Notes: generated by a model not told the origin, from the letters alone. 44,152 bases of DNA, filler included, from Jimgerdemannia flammicorona (GCA_003990765.1; 2 parts of 2 records of this genome joined end to end with filler, not necessarily neighbours in it), one strand, 5' to 3'; positions 31,791 to 44,152 are shown, numbered from the whole stretch's first letter. Translations and numbers: made by a program.

Positions 31791-34519
31791 ATAAGGCTAT
31801 ATAGAAATTAGATTTATATACTATGATTAAATATCTATTTCTTATTTTGATTTCATACTATATATTACACTATATAAAATATCCTAGAGATAAAAGTAAA
31901 TAAATCTCAGTCTGAAAAGTTCAAAAGCAAAAGCCAATTATCTGGTATACTTAGAAAAAATATCTAATAAAAGTAACTTGATCTAGAAAAGATTATAATA
32001 CTTAGAAGATATACCTACCAATGAGTCACTACTAAGAAGTTGTGAGCTTACCTTCTACTCTGGTCTACTTTCTAATACAAATAAGAGAAGTCCACCACTC
32101 AAAGCCAGTCTAGTATAAGATATATGTATCTTCATAGTAAATCTATTTGTATAAATGAAGTAGTTTTTGATATAACTTTAAGAAGTCTGCTATATTTTGA
32201 TATATGTACTTGTTATATAAAGTCAGAAGTTTACCAATTTAGAAAAAATCTACACCAACTGAGTTATCTGTCAAATCTGCTGTCTATTAAGAAAAAGTTA
32301 ATATTTTTAAATAATTTTCTAATTTAGAAAGAATCTATATTATTCATCAAATTGCCAACTTATCTTCTATTAAGAAATACTACTAAATTTACTATACTAT
32401 ATCAAATTATCTACATAACATAGAGATTATCATATAGAAATCACATATATAAGAAACTGCCCATACTCTATAAAGATTACTACTATATTTAAGAAAATAT
32501 CCTAATAAGAAAATTACCAAATTATCTATTATATGAATAAGAAAACTTACTTAAGAATCTAGTATTATATTTATACTACTAAATACCAACAAGGATACCA
32601 GAAATCATTAAATATTTTGTTACTTTTTGACAAAGTAACTAGAGACTCAAGTCAAATTATATAATAGTCTCAAACTTATAATTGAGCTGGTATATTATAT
32701 TTGGAGATTCAACTGAGAAGATTTTCTTTAAATCTATATAACTTTTTAGCTCACAGAAATCCAATAGTCAAACTGAATATATTTAATATATATAATATCA
32801 ATTTCTACTACTATAGAAGAATGAGTTATTAATAGTATTTAAACAGAAAGAGAAGTAATTATCTCAAGACTTACTAGTTATCTAGTATTAGAAACATCTT
32901 AACTAAAAGCTAGTATAGTACAGAATTTTCAACTAATATCAACAGACTTAACATCAGGAGATCTAATCCAGTCAGATCAATCAGATAATACAGATAGCTC
33001 TATCAGAAACTTTAATGAGCTTATATAAGAATTAAAAAACCTCATCATATAATCCCAGTTTTCCTTAGAAGCCCCATCAGTCTCCCCTATCAAACCACTA
33101 CTAGAACTAGTAACCATAAAATCAGAAGAATCAGGAAGAGCCTCTTTAAGGATATTCAGATCTTCTGTATCTCACTTAAGATCAATAACACTATCTTTAG
33201 GATACCCAAGTATCTTAAGCTCTAGTAATAACTTAGAAAGCAAATCAGAACCAGAATCAAAACCAGAATTAGAACCAGAAGACAGTGATGACAAAATGGC
33301 CATCTCAATATCAATCTTTATAAGATACTCAGAAAAAGACCTAAGAGAATTCATCAATAGAATCAAAGGAATCGTAGCTCTAAAGAATCTCTCTGTCTAG
33401 AGAAAGATTGTTATCTTTAAAGCTCAACTCAGAGAACTAGTAAAGGGAATTTTCAACTAAGTAGCAAGAGATGCATATTCAGACCTTAGAGTAGTTATCT
33501 ATATAGCACTATTCTGAGAAGAAGAATATGGAGCTATAACTTACTGACTTATTAAAAAATATGTAAAAAATGAACTCTACTATAAGATTTATGAATCTAT
33601 TATAAGAATGAAGGTAAATCTCAGATAATTACCAAGAGCATTCTTCCTTAGAATCTAGAAAAGAATGTATATAGCTAGATTCAATACTACTAATCAAGAC
33701 ATCATAGGTTTAATAATTTTCATAAATGAGATCTCTCCAAATATTGCTCAGTATATCTGTATTCTAGACATCAGAAGATCCAAAGAATAAGTAGATATAG
33801 CTTAAGGATTTTTTGATATTAGATAAGAAACTACCTGGAGTAATTATAATAAGAAAGATAATAAGAAAGACCTCTTGATCAAAACCCTACAAAGATTCCT
33901 CTAAGAATGTAGAAAACCAGAGAAAGGAAAGCCAGCTAAGGAGTAGAAGAAAGAGAAAAATGAAATCCAAGACCTTAACTCTAAGTTAGACTGATTGGTT
34001 GAACAAATAAAAAAACTCACTATATATAAAAATTGGAGCTACCCACAGAACAACAGAGAGTATATACTATGAAGAAATCAAGACTACTCACCTAGAGATA
34101 ATAGAAGCTATCAGTTATAAGAAGAAAGAAGATATCTAGTACAAGAAGACTAAAGCTCACTCTGTTAAAGATTTTGAAGAAGAAAGTAACTACAGAGACT
34201 ATAGTAATCTAGACCTATATCCAACCAAGGTTATTACTAGAAAAATAGTCTACTTAGCTAAGAAAAGAAAAAGATTAGTAGGAAGGCTATCTAGAAACAC
34301 TACAGAAGAATTATTCAAGAAGAAGATAAATAAGATAAAGAGGAGTAAGTTGAAATATCTCCCAGGTCTCTCTCATCTTTTGTCTCTGAAATAAATAAAC
34401 TATTACCAGAAGAAAGAAATGAAGCAAGAAGAATAAGAGCCTATTGTTTCAATGCTCAGAAAGAAGTATACTCCAAAGATCATACCTAGAGATATATATT
34501 TACAATGAAGCCTGGTAAA

Positions 34520-35726
34520 CACCTCTTTCTCCACTACCTTACTGGTTACAATAGTTTGGTAGGCAACCTTCTGAGTCCACTTTCCATAACTATTACTCCC
34601 TCTACCTCAGGTTGGTTTGCTGTACCTATTGCAGAGTAGTGAGAGGGAGGCAATGGTGATGAGTTGCTCCTTTATTAGTGTTCAATCAGTATCTTCTTCA
34701 CTTTTTTGTAGTTTCTGATACCTTTGGCTACATCTGGAGTATATCTATTTTAGTGTGGCACCTTCTTTCTTTTGCCATCACCAATAAGGTGCTACCTTGG
34801 TGTACTATAGATTACATAGGGAGTCAGCCAACCTTGGGCATTAAGTACCTAGTATAGATTACCTGTAAGTCCTCAGTACCTGTAGTGGGGCCCTCTGGCT
34901 TCAGCAAGCTTTCTGGTGAGCATAGTTCTAGTATAAGTGACTGTTTTTCAGATGTTGTTGGGATGAGAGAGGAGATAGCCATCATAGATAGGAGGAAGAG
35001 CAATAATGGTGGACCAGTAGGGTACTGGACTGGAGGCAGTTATCAGGGCTAGGGCAGGTGCTACTTCAGTGGGGCCTTTTGATTGGTGTGGAGTGGTTAG
35101 GTGATAGGTGTCACTCTCAGCTTCTTTCGGTGATTTGGCAAGTTAGGTCCTGGTCATTGGGGGGGGTTGGGGGGCCTGAGGCTACCCATTTCAGACATCT
35201 TGGCTACACTCAACTGGAACTGGGAGCTGATATGGCAATGTGATCAAGGCCCACAGGCTTGAGTAGTAGAGTATTGGGGGTCTTCCTCCCATCTCATGTG
35301 TAAGTCCTTTACTCATCTCGACTGGAAGAACTAGGCTCTATCCACCATGATGTACTTTGATGAGGATTTTTCTTTATCTATCATTCTCTTTGGGGTGGCA
35401 GGAACTATTCTATTCAGCTTGAGTATGGCCTTATATATACATTGGAGTCTCAGGCATGTGCTTTTGGTCATTGGCATATAGCTGAGTTCCCCCTGGTGGT
35501 AGGAAGAGCATGGTGTACAGAATGAGGTATAGGTCAATATAGGCCCTGCTATATCTAGCATGGTTGAGCTGCTGGACAATAGCTAGTCTAAGTTAATAAG
35601 AGAGTAGTGCTTGATGGATGGTGAGAGAGGGTTTTGGTCTATATAGTCTAGGTTCCCTTCTAATAAAAATCTGTGGAACTTTGAGTCTGTTAAAAAAAAA
35701 AAAATAAAAAAAAAATAAAAAAATAA
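34520..35726 (+). mobile_element. 5'-truncated non-LTR element (LINE family B 3' end)
   Basis: AATAAA at 35662, A-rich tail from 35692. 16-bp TSD aatgaagcctggtaaa (34504-34519) vs aataaagtctggtaaa (35727-35742). Homologous copy at 13894-14165. Confidence 0.8.
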
Positions 35727-37344
35727 AATAAAGTCTGGTAAAAGATTCAAGAAGTCAAAATAGAAGTCTCTCTTCTACAATTCCTACAACTGAAATCTAC
35801 TGGGGTTCAAAACAAACTATTGAGAACTACCAGATTTAGTACTGACTGAGTCCCAATCTTATAACAAGAATCAGTACTAGCTATCATTCAGACTACAGAA
35901 AGATATATTAGCATATATCTGCATGAAGATATTAGAGAACAGAAGGTAAAAATCCTCATTAATACAGAAGTAGCCATTTGTATCATTACTAAATAATTTC
36001 TAGATACTCTCTAGTAGCCTATTGATGGACTATCTAATTTCAGCATTATAGTAACAGATGGAGCCTGAACTCAACCTCTTAAAGAAGTATGAATATCACT
36101 ATCTCTCTTAGATACATTTAGTTTTCTATTCTAAAAGCTGTTGTTACTAAAGCTATTACCTATGATATAATCCTTAGTACCAACTAGATGAAGAAAATGA
36201 ATGCAGTCATTAATATTGACCAACAGGTGCTCAAATTTAACTATAGAGAAAAGAAGTACAAAATCAAGATGATCAGCTATGAGTAATTAAAGAAAAAGAA
36301 GGTCATCATTCAGAAAGAGTATACTAGTAGTGAAGAATCTACTATAGAGAAAAAGAAGAATCTAAAGATAAAAATAATCCCAGACTTAACTTACAAATTA
36401 ACCTAGTAGATGATAGACCAGAAGACAATATATGGGCTAAAGATATCATCTCTACCACAATCAGAGCTATTGTAGAATAAGCCAGAGAATGTCTCATCTA
36501 TCTCAAAAGACACAAGTGCCCTGAACATTTCTCTAAAATTATTAGAATAAGGAATTTATCTAGTATAGTCTGTCCTGAGTATAGAAGAAGATCTATAACT
36601 GAAGCTGTAGAAATATAAGCAATTTGGGATCAAGAAGTATCTGATGAAGAATTCTCTAAACAAAAAGTATCTGAACAGGAGAAACTCCCTGAACTTACCC
36701 CCTGGAATGACCTTTGCTATACATTATTAGAAGATAATGACCTCTGAAATACTGAAGAAGGACTAAGTATAGTTGCTATTATCCTAAGATGAAAAACATA
36801 TTAGGAAAGAGTCTTTTAGCTAAAAATACATTAGTATCAAAAGGTCTTCTACTCTTTCTGAAACTACTGCTATTAGTGCTACTTATTGGATCAGTAAGGA
36901 AGATAGAGATACTATAGACAAAAATTCTCAATTATAATTACACAGATAATTATCTTTCAAGAAACCATTATAATATTAAAAAGATAAGCCAATAGATAAG
37001 ATCACTTTACCTAAACAGAAGTATAGCCCTTAGCTATTCTTCCTCTAACTTATAATAAGGACAGATACCAATTCCCAAAGTAGTATAAAGTTAATAACTG
37101 AGAACTATATTTTAAAGCAATGAGATATTATAATTATAGAAAACACTCAGACTACTGAGGCTATCTATATTAGAAGATTTACCTTAGTCAAGATATTACT
37201 ATATATATACTCAAGAAAGGAGATAACAGAGCTCAGATATGAAGAAACCAGGCCAAGAAATCAAAGAAGAAGACTCTCAAGATCTATAATCTAGAAAATA
37301 ATATCCTAGTCCTCATCAGATATGAAATATGTCAAGAATAGATA

Positions 37345-37859
37345 TAGTGCTCCTAATGAGTTAATTTAATCTGGATTAGATTCAGATTGATTCAGATTGA
37401 ATCCCATCTGGATGGATTCAAATCAACTATTGTTTTGATTTCCAAATTAGACAATTAAATGTTTACATCAATAACTTGATGAATAATCATTCCAATTTAA
37501 TGATCTTGGTGTCATTTTAAAGCCCTTAATAAGGCCTATCTAATGATACTAAGAAAATTGAAATCAGATCATGCATTGCTGAGTTATGAAGGAAAATGTC
37601 TGAATCACTGATTTTGGAAATTTCATCAAACAGAATGTTTTCCTTAATATCTCAGAAACACGTGATCTGATTTTAATGTTCTTGGTATTATTAGAAAGGC
37701 CTTATTAAGGGCTTTAAAATGACACTAGGAACATCAAATTTGGATGATTATTCATCGAGTTATTGATGTAAACATTTAATTGTCTAATTTGGAAATCAAA
37801 ATAATAGTTGATTTGAATCCCATCTGAATCCTATCCAGATTGACTCGTTCGGAGCACTA
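37345..37859. mobile_element. hAT-family foldback MITE, 515 bp
   Basis: TIRs tagtgctcctaatgagttaat and attgactcgttcggagcacta. 8-bp TSD aatagata (37337-37344) / gatagata (37860-37867). Internal ~190-bp inverted arms at about 37414-37602 and 37631-37820. Confidence 0.92.
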
Positions 37860-38069
37860 GATAGATACATAGAAGATGCCATCAACTTTATTGAAGCCCT
37901 AGATTCTATAGAAAAAAAAGAAATCAATTACCTCCCTACTGGAGCCAGATAGCTATATCTCAATCTTAGAGTCTGAGAGCTCATATCTACTGAAGCCTCA
38001 GTCTAAGGACAACCCAAACTCAGCAAAGATATTGTCTAGTATATCTTACTATATCTCAAAGCTAAACCC

Positions 38070-38300
38070 CCAACAAAAGCTTACCAGAAAGATATGGGAT
38101 ATAATCTTTACAGCCTTAGAGATAAATCTATCAAGTCTGGAAGAACAATGATACTTAGTATAGAACTAGCTATATAGTCATTCAAAGGAACTTATATCAA
38201 CTGATCTCAAGGTCTGGACTTACTAAATAAAAAATAACTGTAGAAAGAGAAACAATAGACTCTGGATACACAGGTAAAATCAAGATTATTCTAAACTATA
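38070..38300 (+). pseudogene. Retroelement-encoded dUTPase remnant
   Basis: PTKAYQKDMGYNLYS (motif I, DAGYDL), ISRSGL (motif II, 38210), TIDSGYTGKIKII (motif III, 38255-38290). One frameshift and several stops; truncated by the LINE insertion. Confidence 0.8.
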
Positions 38301-38407
38301 ATAGTATAGAATAGAACTGATCATCACTCTTTTATCAGTAATATTTAGGTGACACAAGACTCAGACAATACTTTTCACTATGTTTTTGGTGTCTGATGAC
38401 TATTGAC

Positions 38408-40280
38408 ATGGATAGCAATAATTGAACTGGTGAGCATACTGGCCAGGGAGGTAGCAGTGCCTTTGGCTGGCAGCAGGTGGAGAGGAGGGGAGATGGTTTG
38501 GAGATGTCGGGGGCCTTGATGGCTAGCCAAGGCCCTGGTGGTGGAGGGAGGGGCAGTCTGAGGCTGAGAGGAGGGGAGAGGTCAACCTTTGCTGATAAGG
38601 TCAGAATGGGGAAGATGACCTCTGGTCTGGATGGTTGGCTGGGCCTGGGGAAGGCATCGACAGCTGCTACTGAGGGGCAGGGAGGTGTGCTCAGGGGAGT
38701 TTCAGATGGTAGGGGAGGAGTGGAAGTAGGGGCTGGAGATGTGACTGTTGATGGGGCTGTGAGTGGAGATCTGGTAAAAAATCCAGATGTGACAGCAGTT
38801 GGCAATTCAGGACAGGGAGTGGGTGCGAGGCCTGGAGACCTGGCAGATGGGGTGATAGATATGGTGTCGGCCCTGTTACTCAAGAAGTCAAGGTTGGAAT
38901 TTGCCATCACAATGTGTTTCCGGGGCTTAGCAGTGATGGCAAGGATGATTTTGGGACTGGTGGCACAGGAGACAAAGGGAGCAGCATCAGTGAAGTTTTT
39001 GAAGGGGAAGGAAGAGGTCAAGGTGGGGTTCAAGAAGGAAGACGCCTTGCTGGCAGCCTTGGAGAAGGGGGTGACAGTTAGTGGGGTTGTGGTCCCTATG
39101 GCCAGGTATATGTATTGGGACCCCTGAGTGGTGCAGTTGATGGTATTGGATCTCCCTATGGTATCGAAGAAGAGGACCAGAGAGTTGGTTGTAGAGGCGA
39201 TCAAGGAGTATAGTGAGATTGTGGATATTGGGTTCAAGGTCTGAGAGAGTATGGAGCTTTGGACTGGTGATGTTGATGTCAGGGTGAGGCTGGCTGGGAA
39301 GGAGAATACAGGGAAGTTGAGAGACTGGCCAGCAATACTGAGGTGGAGACCAGTGGAGTGCAAGGTCACAAGGGTGAAGGGGACCCAGGAGGAGGAGGAG
39401 GACCTGTTGGAGGCTCTGGAGGATCTAGAAGGGGTGGTTGCGAGGAGGAGACTGGCCTGAAAGGAGTTTGGCTAGGATGGTAGTAGGGGAGGTGGATGGG
39501 AAGAGGGTCTGGATGGAGAAGGGGGCCTGGGAGAAGATGCAAGGGAGGAAAATCCAGAAGGAGCTGCTGGCAAAGTTGGGTGGGGGTAGAGCTAGTGGAA
39601 GCTCAGGAGAGGGGATTGCAGGATTACAGGAGAGTGCCTGGGCTGAGGGGGGTGAAGGGGCCTGGAGTGGGGCTCGGATTGGAGTAGAGGAGGAGAGGGA
39701 AGGCAATATGGAGGCAGACGTGGAAATGAGCAAAAGTGTGGGCCCTCAGTATAGTGTCCCAGGTGGAGCAGAGGGGGAGGAGGAGCTGCTGGATGTACCA
39801 GATGAGGAGTGGGATGAGTCAGTGAGGGAGAGCACACTGGTGGACCCTGAGGTGGATGGGGGCCAAATTGCTCAGGGTGTGGTGGAGGTGATGGATGAGG
39901 AGAAGTGGATGTGGAAGACCCTGGAAGGGGTAGCAGCGGAAGAGCTGAGGGGAGAAGATTTCAGGGTTATGGAAGAGAGGCATTGGGAGGAGATCCTTCA
40001 GGGAGAGGAGGTGCCGAGGAAGATGAGGAACAAGATTCTGGCTGTTCTTTTGGAGTTAGTTGAATATCAAGTTGATGATCAGAGAGAAGAGGAACTTAGG
40101 AGGATTGCGAGTGACAGGGCATTATACTTGTGGAACTTGAGGAAGGGACTGGAGAAGTGGCATGCAGTCTGCATGGACTACTGATCAGAGATAGAGGTAG
40201 TGGATGGGGTGGAATGTCAGGAAATCTTGGAGGCACTGGATGCTCAGGCTAATGCAGAGGGTGACTTAGAAGCTAAATGA
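38408..40280 (+). pseudogene. LINE ORF1 (Gly-rich N-terminus, central putative nucleic-acid-binding region, acidic C-terminus)
   Basis: ATG at 38408 is in frame with ORFs 38477-39127 and 39251-39460, interrupted by TGA stops consistent with CGA>TGA. Continues in the frame of ORF 39438-40184. Confidence 0.7.
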
Positions 40281-40353
40281 TACTTGGATCTGGCTGGGGA
40301 TGAGATGAGCATGGAATACTAGGCTGGGTTCTCTATTGCAACATTCTTTCAAT

Positions 40354-43300
40354 ATGAACAGTATAACTAGAATATTCTCTTTGAATGTAAATAGGTTGTA
40401 GGGAACAGCTAGGAGAAAGTATATATTTGGATAGCTTAAGGGACTGGATGCAGACCTCTTCTTATTACAGGATGTTTGTTATGAGGCAGATGTGGATTTA
40501 CAGGATTGGACTAAGGAATAGGCGGGGGTGGCAGTATGGAGGGGGAAAGTGGGTATTCTCATTAGGAAAGAGATGGGGGACATTGGGGACATTGGATATT
40601 GGGGGTCTCAGGTGGTGTAGAGTGTGTGGAAGAGGCCTAGATGGGGCTCATTGACAGTTGGGTCTTGTTACTGTCCAGCTGAGAGAGAGGAGAGGGTGGA
40701 TTAGATTCGTAGATTGAAAGAGGCCAGTGTCTTGGGAGAGGTTGAGTTAGACTGCTTGGGGGGTGATTTCAACATGGTACAGAATAAGGTGATGGATAGA
40801 ACTGATGGAGGGAGAGATGTGTGAAGTGAAAGTGGTGGGTTGGGTGACTGGTTGGAGATAGAGAGGTTGAGTTCTTTAGTGGACTCAGGAAGACAGTGCT
40901 GGGGCAATCGGAGGGTATACACCCACTGGGCAGCAGGGCTGGGCTCCAGGATTGACTGGGTTTTGATAGCAGAGTGTTGGGGAGCAGATGTCTGGATGGT
41001 GCTGGAGGTAGTTTGTGTCTGTGGTCTGATCACTAGGGGCTGCTTGGAGGGGAGAGATTTGGGGAAAGCAAGGATGGGTCTGGACATTGGTGGCTAAATT
41101 CTTCCTTGTTGGAGGATAGAGCTTTGTGAGAGGGTTGGGAAGTGGAGGTTGTCAGGAATATCAAAAGGTGGCAGGAACTGGGCCTGGAGATTGGGGACCA
41201 CTAGAGGAGACTGAAGGTAAATGCTCAGGAGTACTGGAGAGAAGTAGAGAAAGAAAGGTGTGCCCAGTGACGGTGGTGGGTGCTGTGGGCCTCGCAGTAT
41301 CTGATGGCACTCATGGGGAGATGGGCCGGTGTGCTAGAGGATGGGGAGGTGACTGATTGGTGTATTGTGTGAATCCGAAAGGAGGTGGAGGAGCTTAAAG
41401 GAGTGTTACGAAGAGAGGAGGAGGTGAGGCTGCAGGAGATGGTAGCCTGACTGCAGTGGCAGGGGCTAGAGGAGGGGGAGAGGCCTACTAGGTTTTTGAT
41501 GCAATTGTTGCAAGCATGATGAACAAAGTAGTGGTGGGAGGGAGTTCTGGATGTGAATGGTGAGCTGGTGGTGGGGACTCCAGCAATTCTGGGTTTACTG
41601 AGATCCCATTGGGAGAATTTATGGAGTGAGGAGGATGGAGGAGTGGATGCTTCAGACGTAGAAAGGCAGCTGGGGGATTGGCACCCAAACCCTGTGATGG
41701 GCCTAGGGGCTTTGGGGGATTCAGTGAGTAGAGAGGAAATTTGCAAGGTTGTGGCCTCGATGAGTAAGGGGACAGCTCTGGGGGAGGATGGACTTCCCTG
41801 GGATTTTTGGAAGAAGATGGCTGGGGTGGGTGAGGTGCTAGAGGAAATGACTGCTATGTATGATGAGGTTCTTCAGTCTGGTGCTTGGATTGGGGGTCAG
41901 TACCTAGGGCTAGTCTCCTTGCTCTACAAGAATAAGGGAAGGTGGGAAGATTGGAAGAACTGACAGCTGATCATGCTACTTGACATAGACCGCAAACTGG
42001 TGACAAAGGTCTTGGTGATGAGGCTGTAAGGAATCACTCAGCAGGTGCTTGGTGTGGAGCAGCATGGGTTTGTCAGTGGCTGGTTAATTCATGATAGAAC
42101 AGCTTGGATACATGGAGTGATTGAAGGTGCCCAGGCTATAGGGGTGGATGGCCAGTTGGTTTTTCTGGATCTGAAGAAGACTTATAATAGAGTGCAGAGG
42201 ATCTGGCTAGAGAGAGTACTGAAATGGATTGGTATTCCCCTAGGGTTCTGAGGATCATTGATAGAACTCTTGGAGGACAGTCAGGTGGCATTGGTCATTA
42301 ATGGCCACAGGGGGGTGACTTTTCCCCTGGGGCGTGGGGTACCGCAAGGGGACCCCTTGTCACCCATATTGTATGCCCTCTCCTTGGAGCCCCTACTGGA
42401 CAGGATTCGGTATCAGATTGGGGATTTGGATATTTTAGGGATTAAGTGGAAGATGGGGGCCTTTGCTGATGATATGGTGGTCGGGCTGGGCTCCTTGATG
42501 GATGTGGGGGAGTTACAGAGGTCTGTGGAATAGTATGAGAGGAGCTCTGGTGCTAAACTAAACTGGCACAAATGTGAGACTTTAGTGCTGGGTGCTGGAA
42601 TTATTGGTGGTGATATAATTGGGACAGTGGTGCCAGCTGGTGAACCAGTACATTATTTGGAGATCTACTTCTCAGTGTTTGGATCTCTTCTTCCCTGTGC
42701 ATAGTGGAACCAACAACTTCTGGAGTGGGGAAATGTTCTGCTGTGGTGAGGAGGTCAGCATATGTCTCTAGCCAGAAGGGTGATAGTGCTGAATGTGTAT
42801 TGGATGCCAAAGCTGTAGTATGTGGGGTATTATTTGGATTTCCCACCTTAGGTGGTCAGGGGGCTGTTGAAGATAGCAAGGTCGTGGATCTGGGAAGGGC
42901 AGTAAAGCCAAGTGGGTTGGGAGGTGCTCATACTCCCCATGGAAAGAGGTGGGCTGGGTTTAGTTGACTTTACTAAGCAGCTTCTCTGCTTGAGGGCTTG
43001 GTGGTTGAGGAGGGTGAGTAAGCTAAAGGGCCGGGAGTGGGTGCCACTCATGCAGAGGGTGTGGAAGGTTCAGTATTCCCCTTGTGGTAACTCTGGTGAC
43101 CTGCTTGTGATGGTGGCCTTGGATGGGAGCAGGAGGATGAGGTTTATAAGCTTCTGGTGAGGGGTGGTGGATGGCGCTAAGAAAATTGGACTTTGGTGGC
43201 AGAGTGATGAAGCCGAGAAGGATTGGGGGCCACAGATGTGGCAGTGAAACAGGCTTCTACTGGGTGGTGTTCTGGTGGAGAATTTTCAGCTTAGCAAGAG

Positions 43301-44030
43301 TATGGAGTGTCTGCAGGGATTGGGTGGAGACCTGTGGCCTGAAGCCTGGCAGAGGGTTGGAATTGGTAAGGAGTGGGATTGGAATGGACTCTGGCTTTGG
43401 AGCAAGTGGGTGAGGCAGTGGCTGCCCCCCAAGTTCTGAGTAGTGTGGTGGTAAGTCCTATGGCGGAATGTGATGTTGAACTATCAGTCTGGGCACTTGG
43501 TGGATGGTGGAGTATTCGAGTGCAAGGAATGTTTCAACATTGGTCAGGAGGGAGGAGTGGTACAAATGCCTGAACATTGGCTTGGTGAGTATGAGGTTTT
43601 GGAGGAGTTTTGGTGATGTATCGGGAACTGGTTAGGACTGTGTGCCTTGGAGGGAGAGGAAGGGGGGAGATGGGGAGAGCTCCGCTAGAGACTGGTGGGT
43701 GGGGTTTGGAACAAATGGCTGACCCTTGGTTGGGCTCTGGCTATGTGAGTTGGGTTGGCTGAGCATTGGGTTCATATATTTGAGGAGGGATGGCAGATTG
43801 GGGTTGGGGCTAAGGTGGTATGTTGGGAATGGTTATTATTGGACATTTTGAATAGTTAGTGGCAAGGGTGGGGGCTGGATGGGGGGAATTGCAGGGGTTT
43901 GGTATAGTGTATCTCCCAGAAGAGTGGTGGGAGGATTTGGGTAGTGGGTGGTTGGGTGGTACTTGAGCAGAGGGGGGTCAAGGGGGATGGTTTAGGTCCA
44001 CAAGGCATTGGTTGAGGGTTTGAAGTGATA
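40354..44030 (+). pseudogene. LINE ORF2: APE endonuclease and reverse transcriptase
   Basis: FSLNVN, LLQD, LGGDFN, SRIDWVL, WSDH (APE). LGEDGLPWDFWK, QHGFV, FLDLKKTYNRV, GVPQGDPLSP, AFADD, SGAKLNWHKC (RT). The end is approximate. Confidence 0.93.
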
Positions 44031-44080
44031 TTGTAATGTTAGAATTATAGACAGCAGTAATAAAAGGCAGTCTAAGGGAC

Positions 44081-44152
<72 letters not shown>

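Larger units (their letters stand above)
32900..38320 (+). mobile_element. Hypermutated Ty3/Gypsy gag-protease-dUTPase region interrupted by LINE B and a MITE, and cut at its right end by a full-length LINE A
   Basis: gag-like MAISISIFIRYSEKDLREFINRI..RKIVIFKAQLR (from 33296). Protease ILINTEVA (IDTGA with transitions, about 35955) and YDIILSTN*MKK. dUTPase at 38070-38300. The 5' boundary is approximate. Confidence 0.8.
38330..44152 (+). mobile_element. Near full-length LINE family A (L1/Tx1-like: ORF1 and APE-RT ORF2) with poly-A tail running to the window end
   Basis: Two ORFs with transition-derived stops. AATAAA at 44059, family tail and a long A run. The 5' end is approximate and the TSD is not visible. 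Confidence 0.92.

Noticed and set aside
38335..39369. 344-aa minus-strand ORF, and other long antisense ORFs over the LINEs and GC-rich repeats
   Set aside because: Shadow frames of G/A-skewed LINE ORF1/ORF2 or of tandem repeats; no recognisable domains.
38408..44030. Alternative genetic code to explain frequent in-frame stops
   Set aside because: Stops are confined to repeats and pseudogenes and sit at Arg/Gln/Trp positions; GCN2 reads normally in the standard code.

Overview
Eukaryotic, fungal-type DNA. An early-diverging fungus such as Mucoromycota is inferred from the intron-rich genes, an HxDLHxGN kinase family and the TE types; this is not proven. One apparently intact host gene, GCN2 (4971-13670, minus, many introns), lies in a CpG-retaining island with a decayed TKL kinase-LRR gene and a decayed Sel1-repeat gene. 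The rest is nested transposons heavily eroded by C>T/G>A transitions: four copies of an L1/Tx1-like LINE, two fragments of a second LINE family, several Ty3/Gypsy pieces (one with a dUTPase) and a hAT foldback MITE. The main finding is a hAT DNA transposon, from a TIR at 18067 to a transposase cut by the assembly gap at 22027. It carries a five-exon passenger gene whose last exon has the HxD...GG..Y...YG..V...HGT signature of fungal TET/JBP-type 2OG-Fe(II) dioxygenases. The ORF track misses this domain because it lies behind a premature stop. All family assignments come from manual motif recognition; no database search was run.
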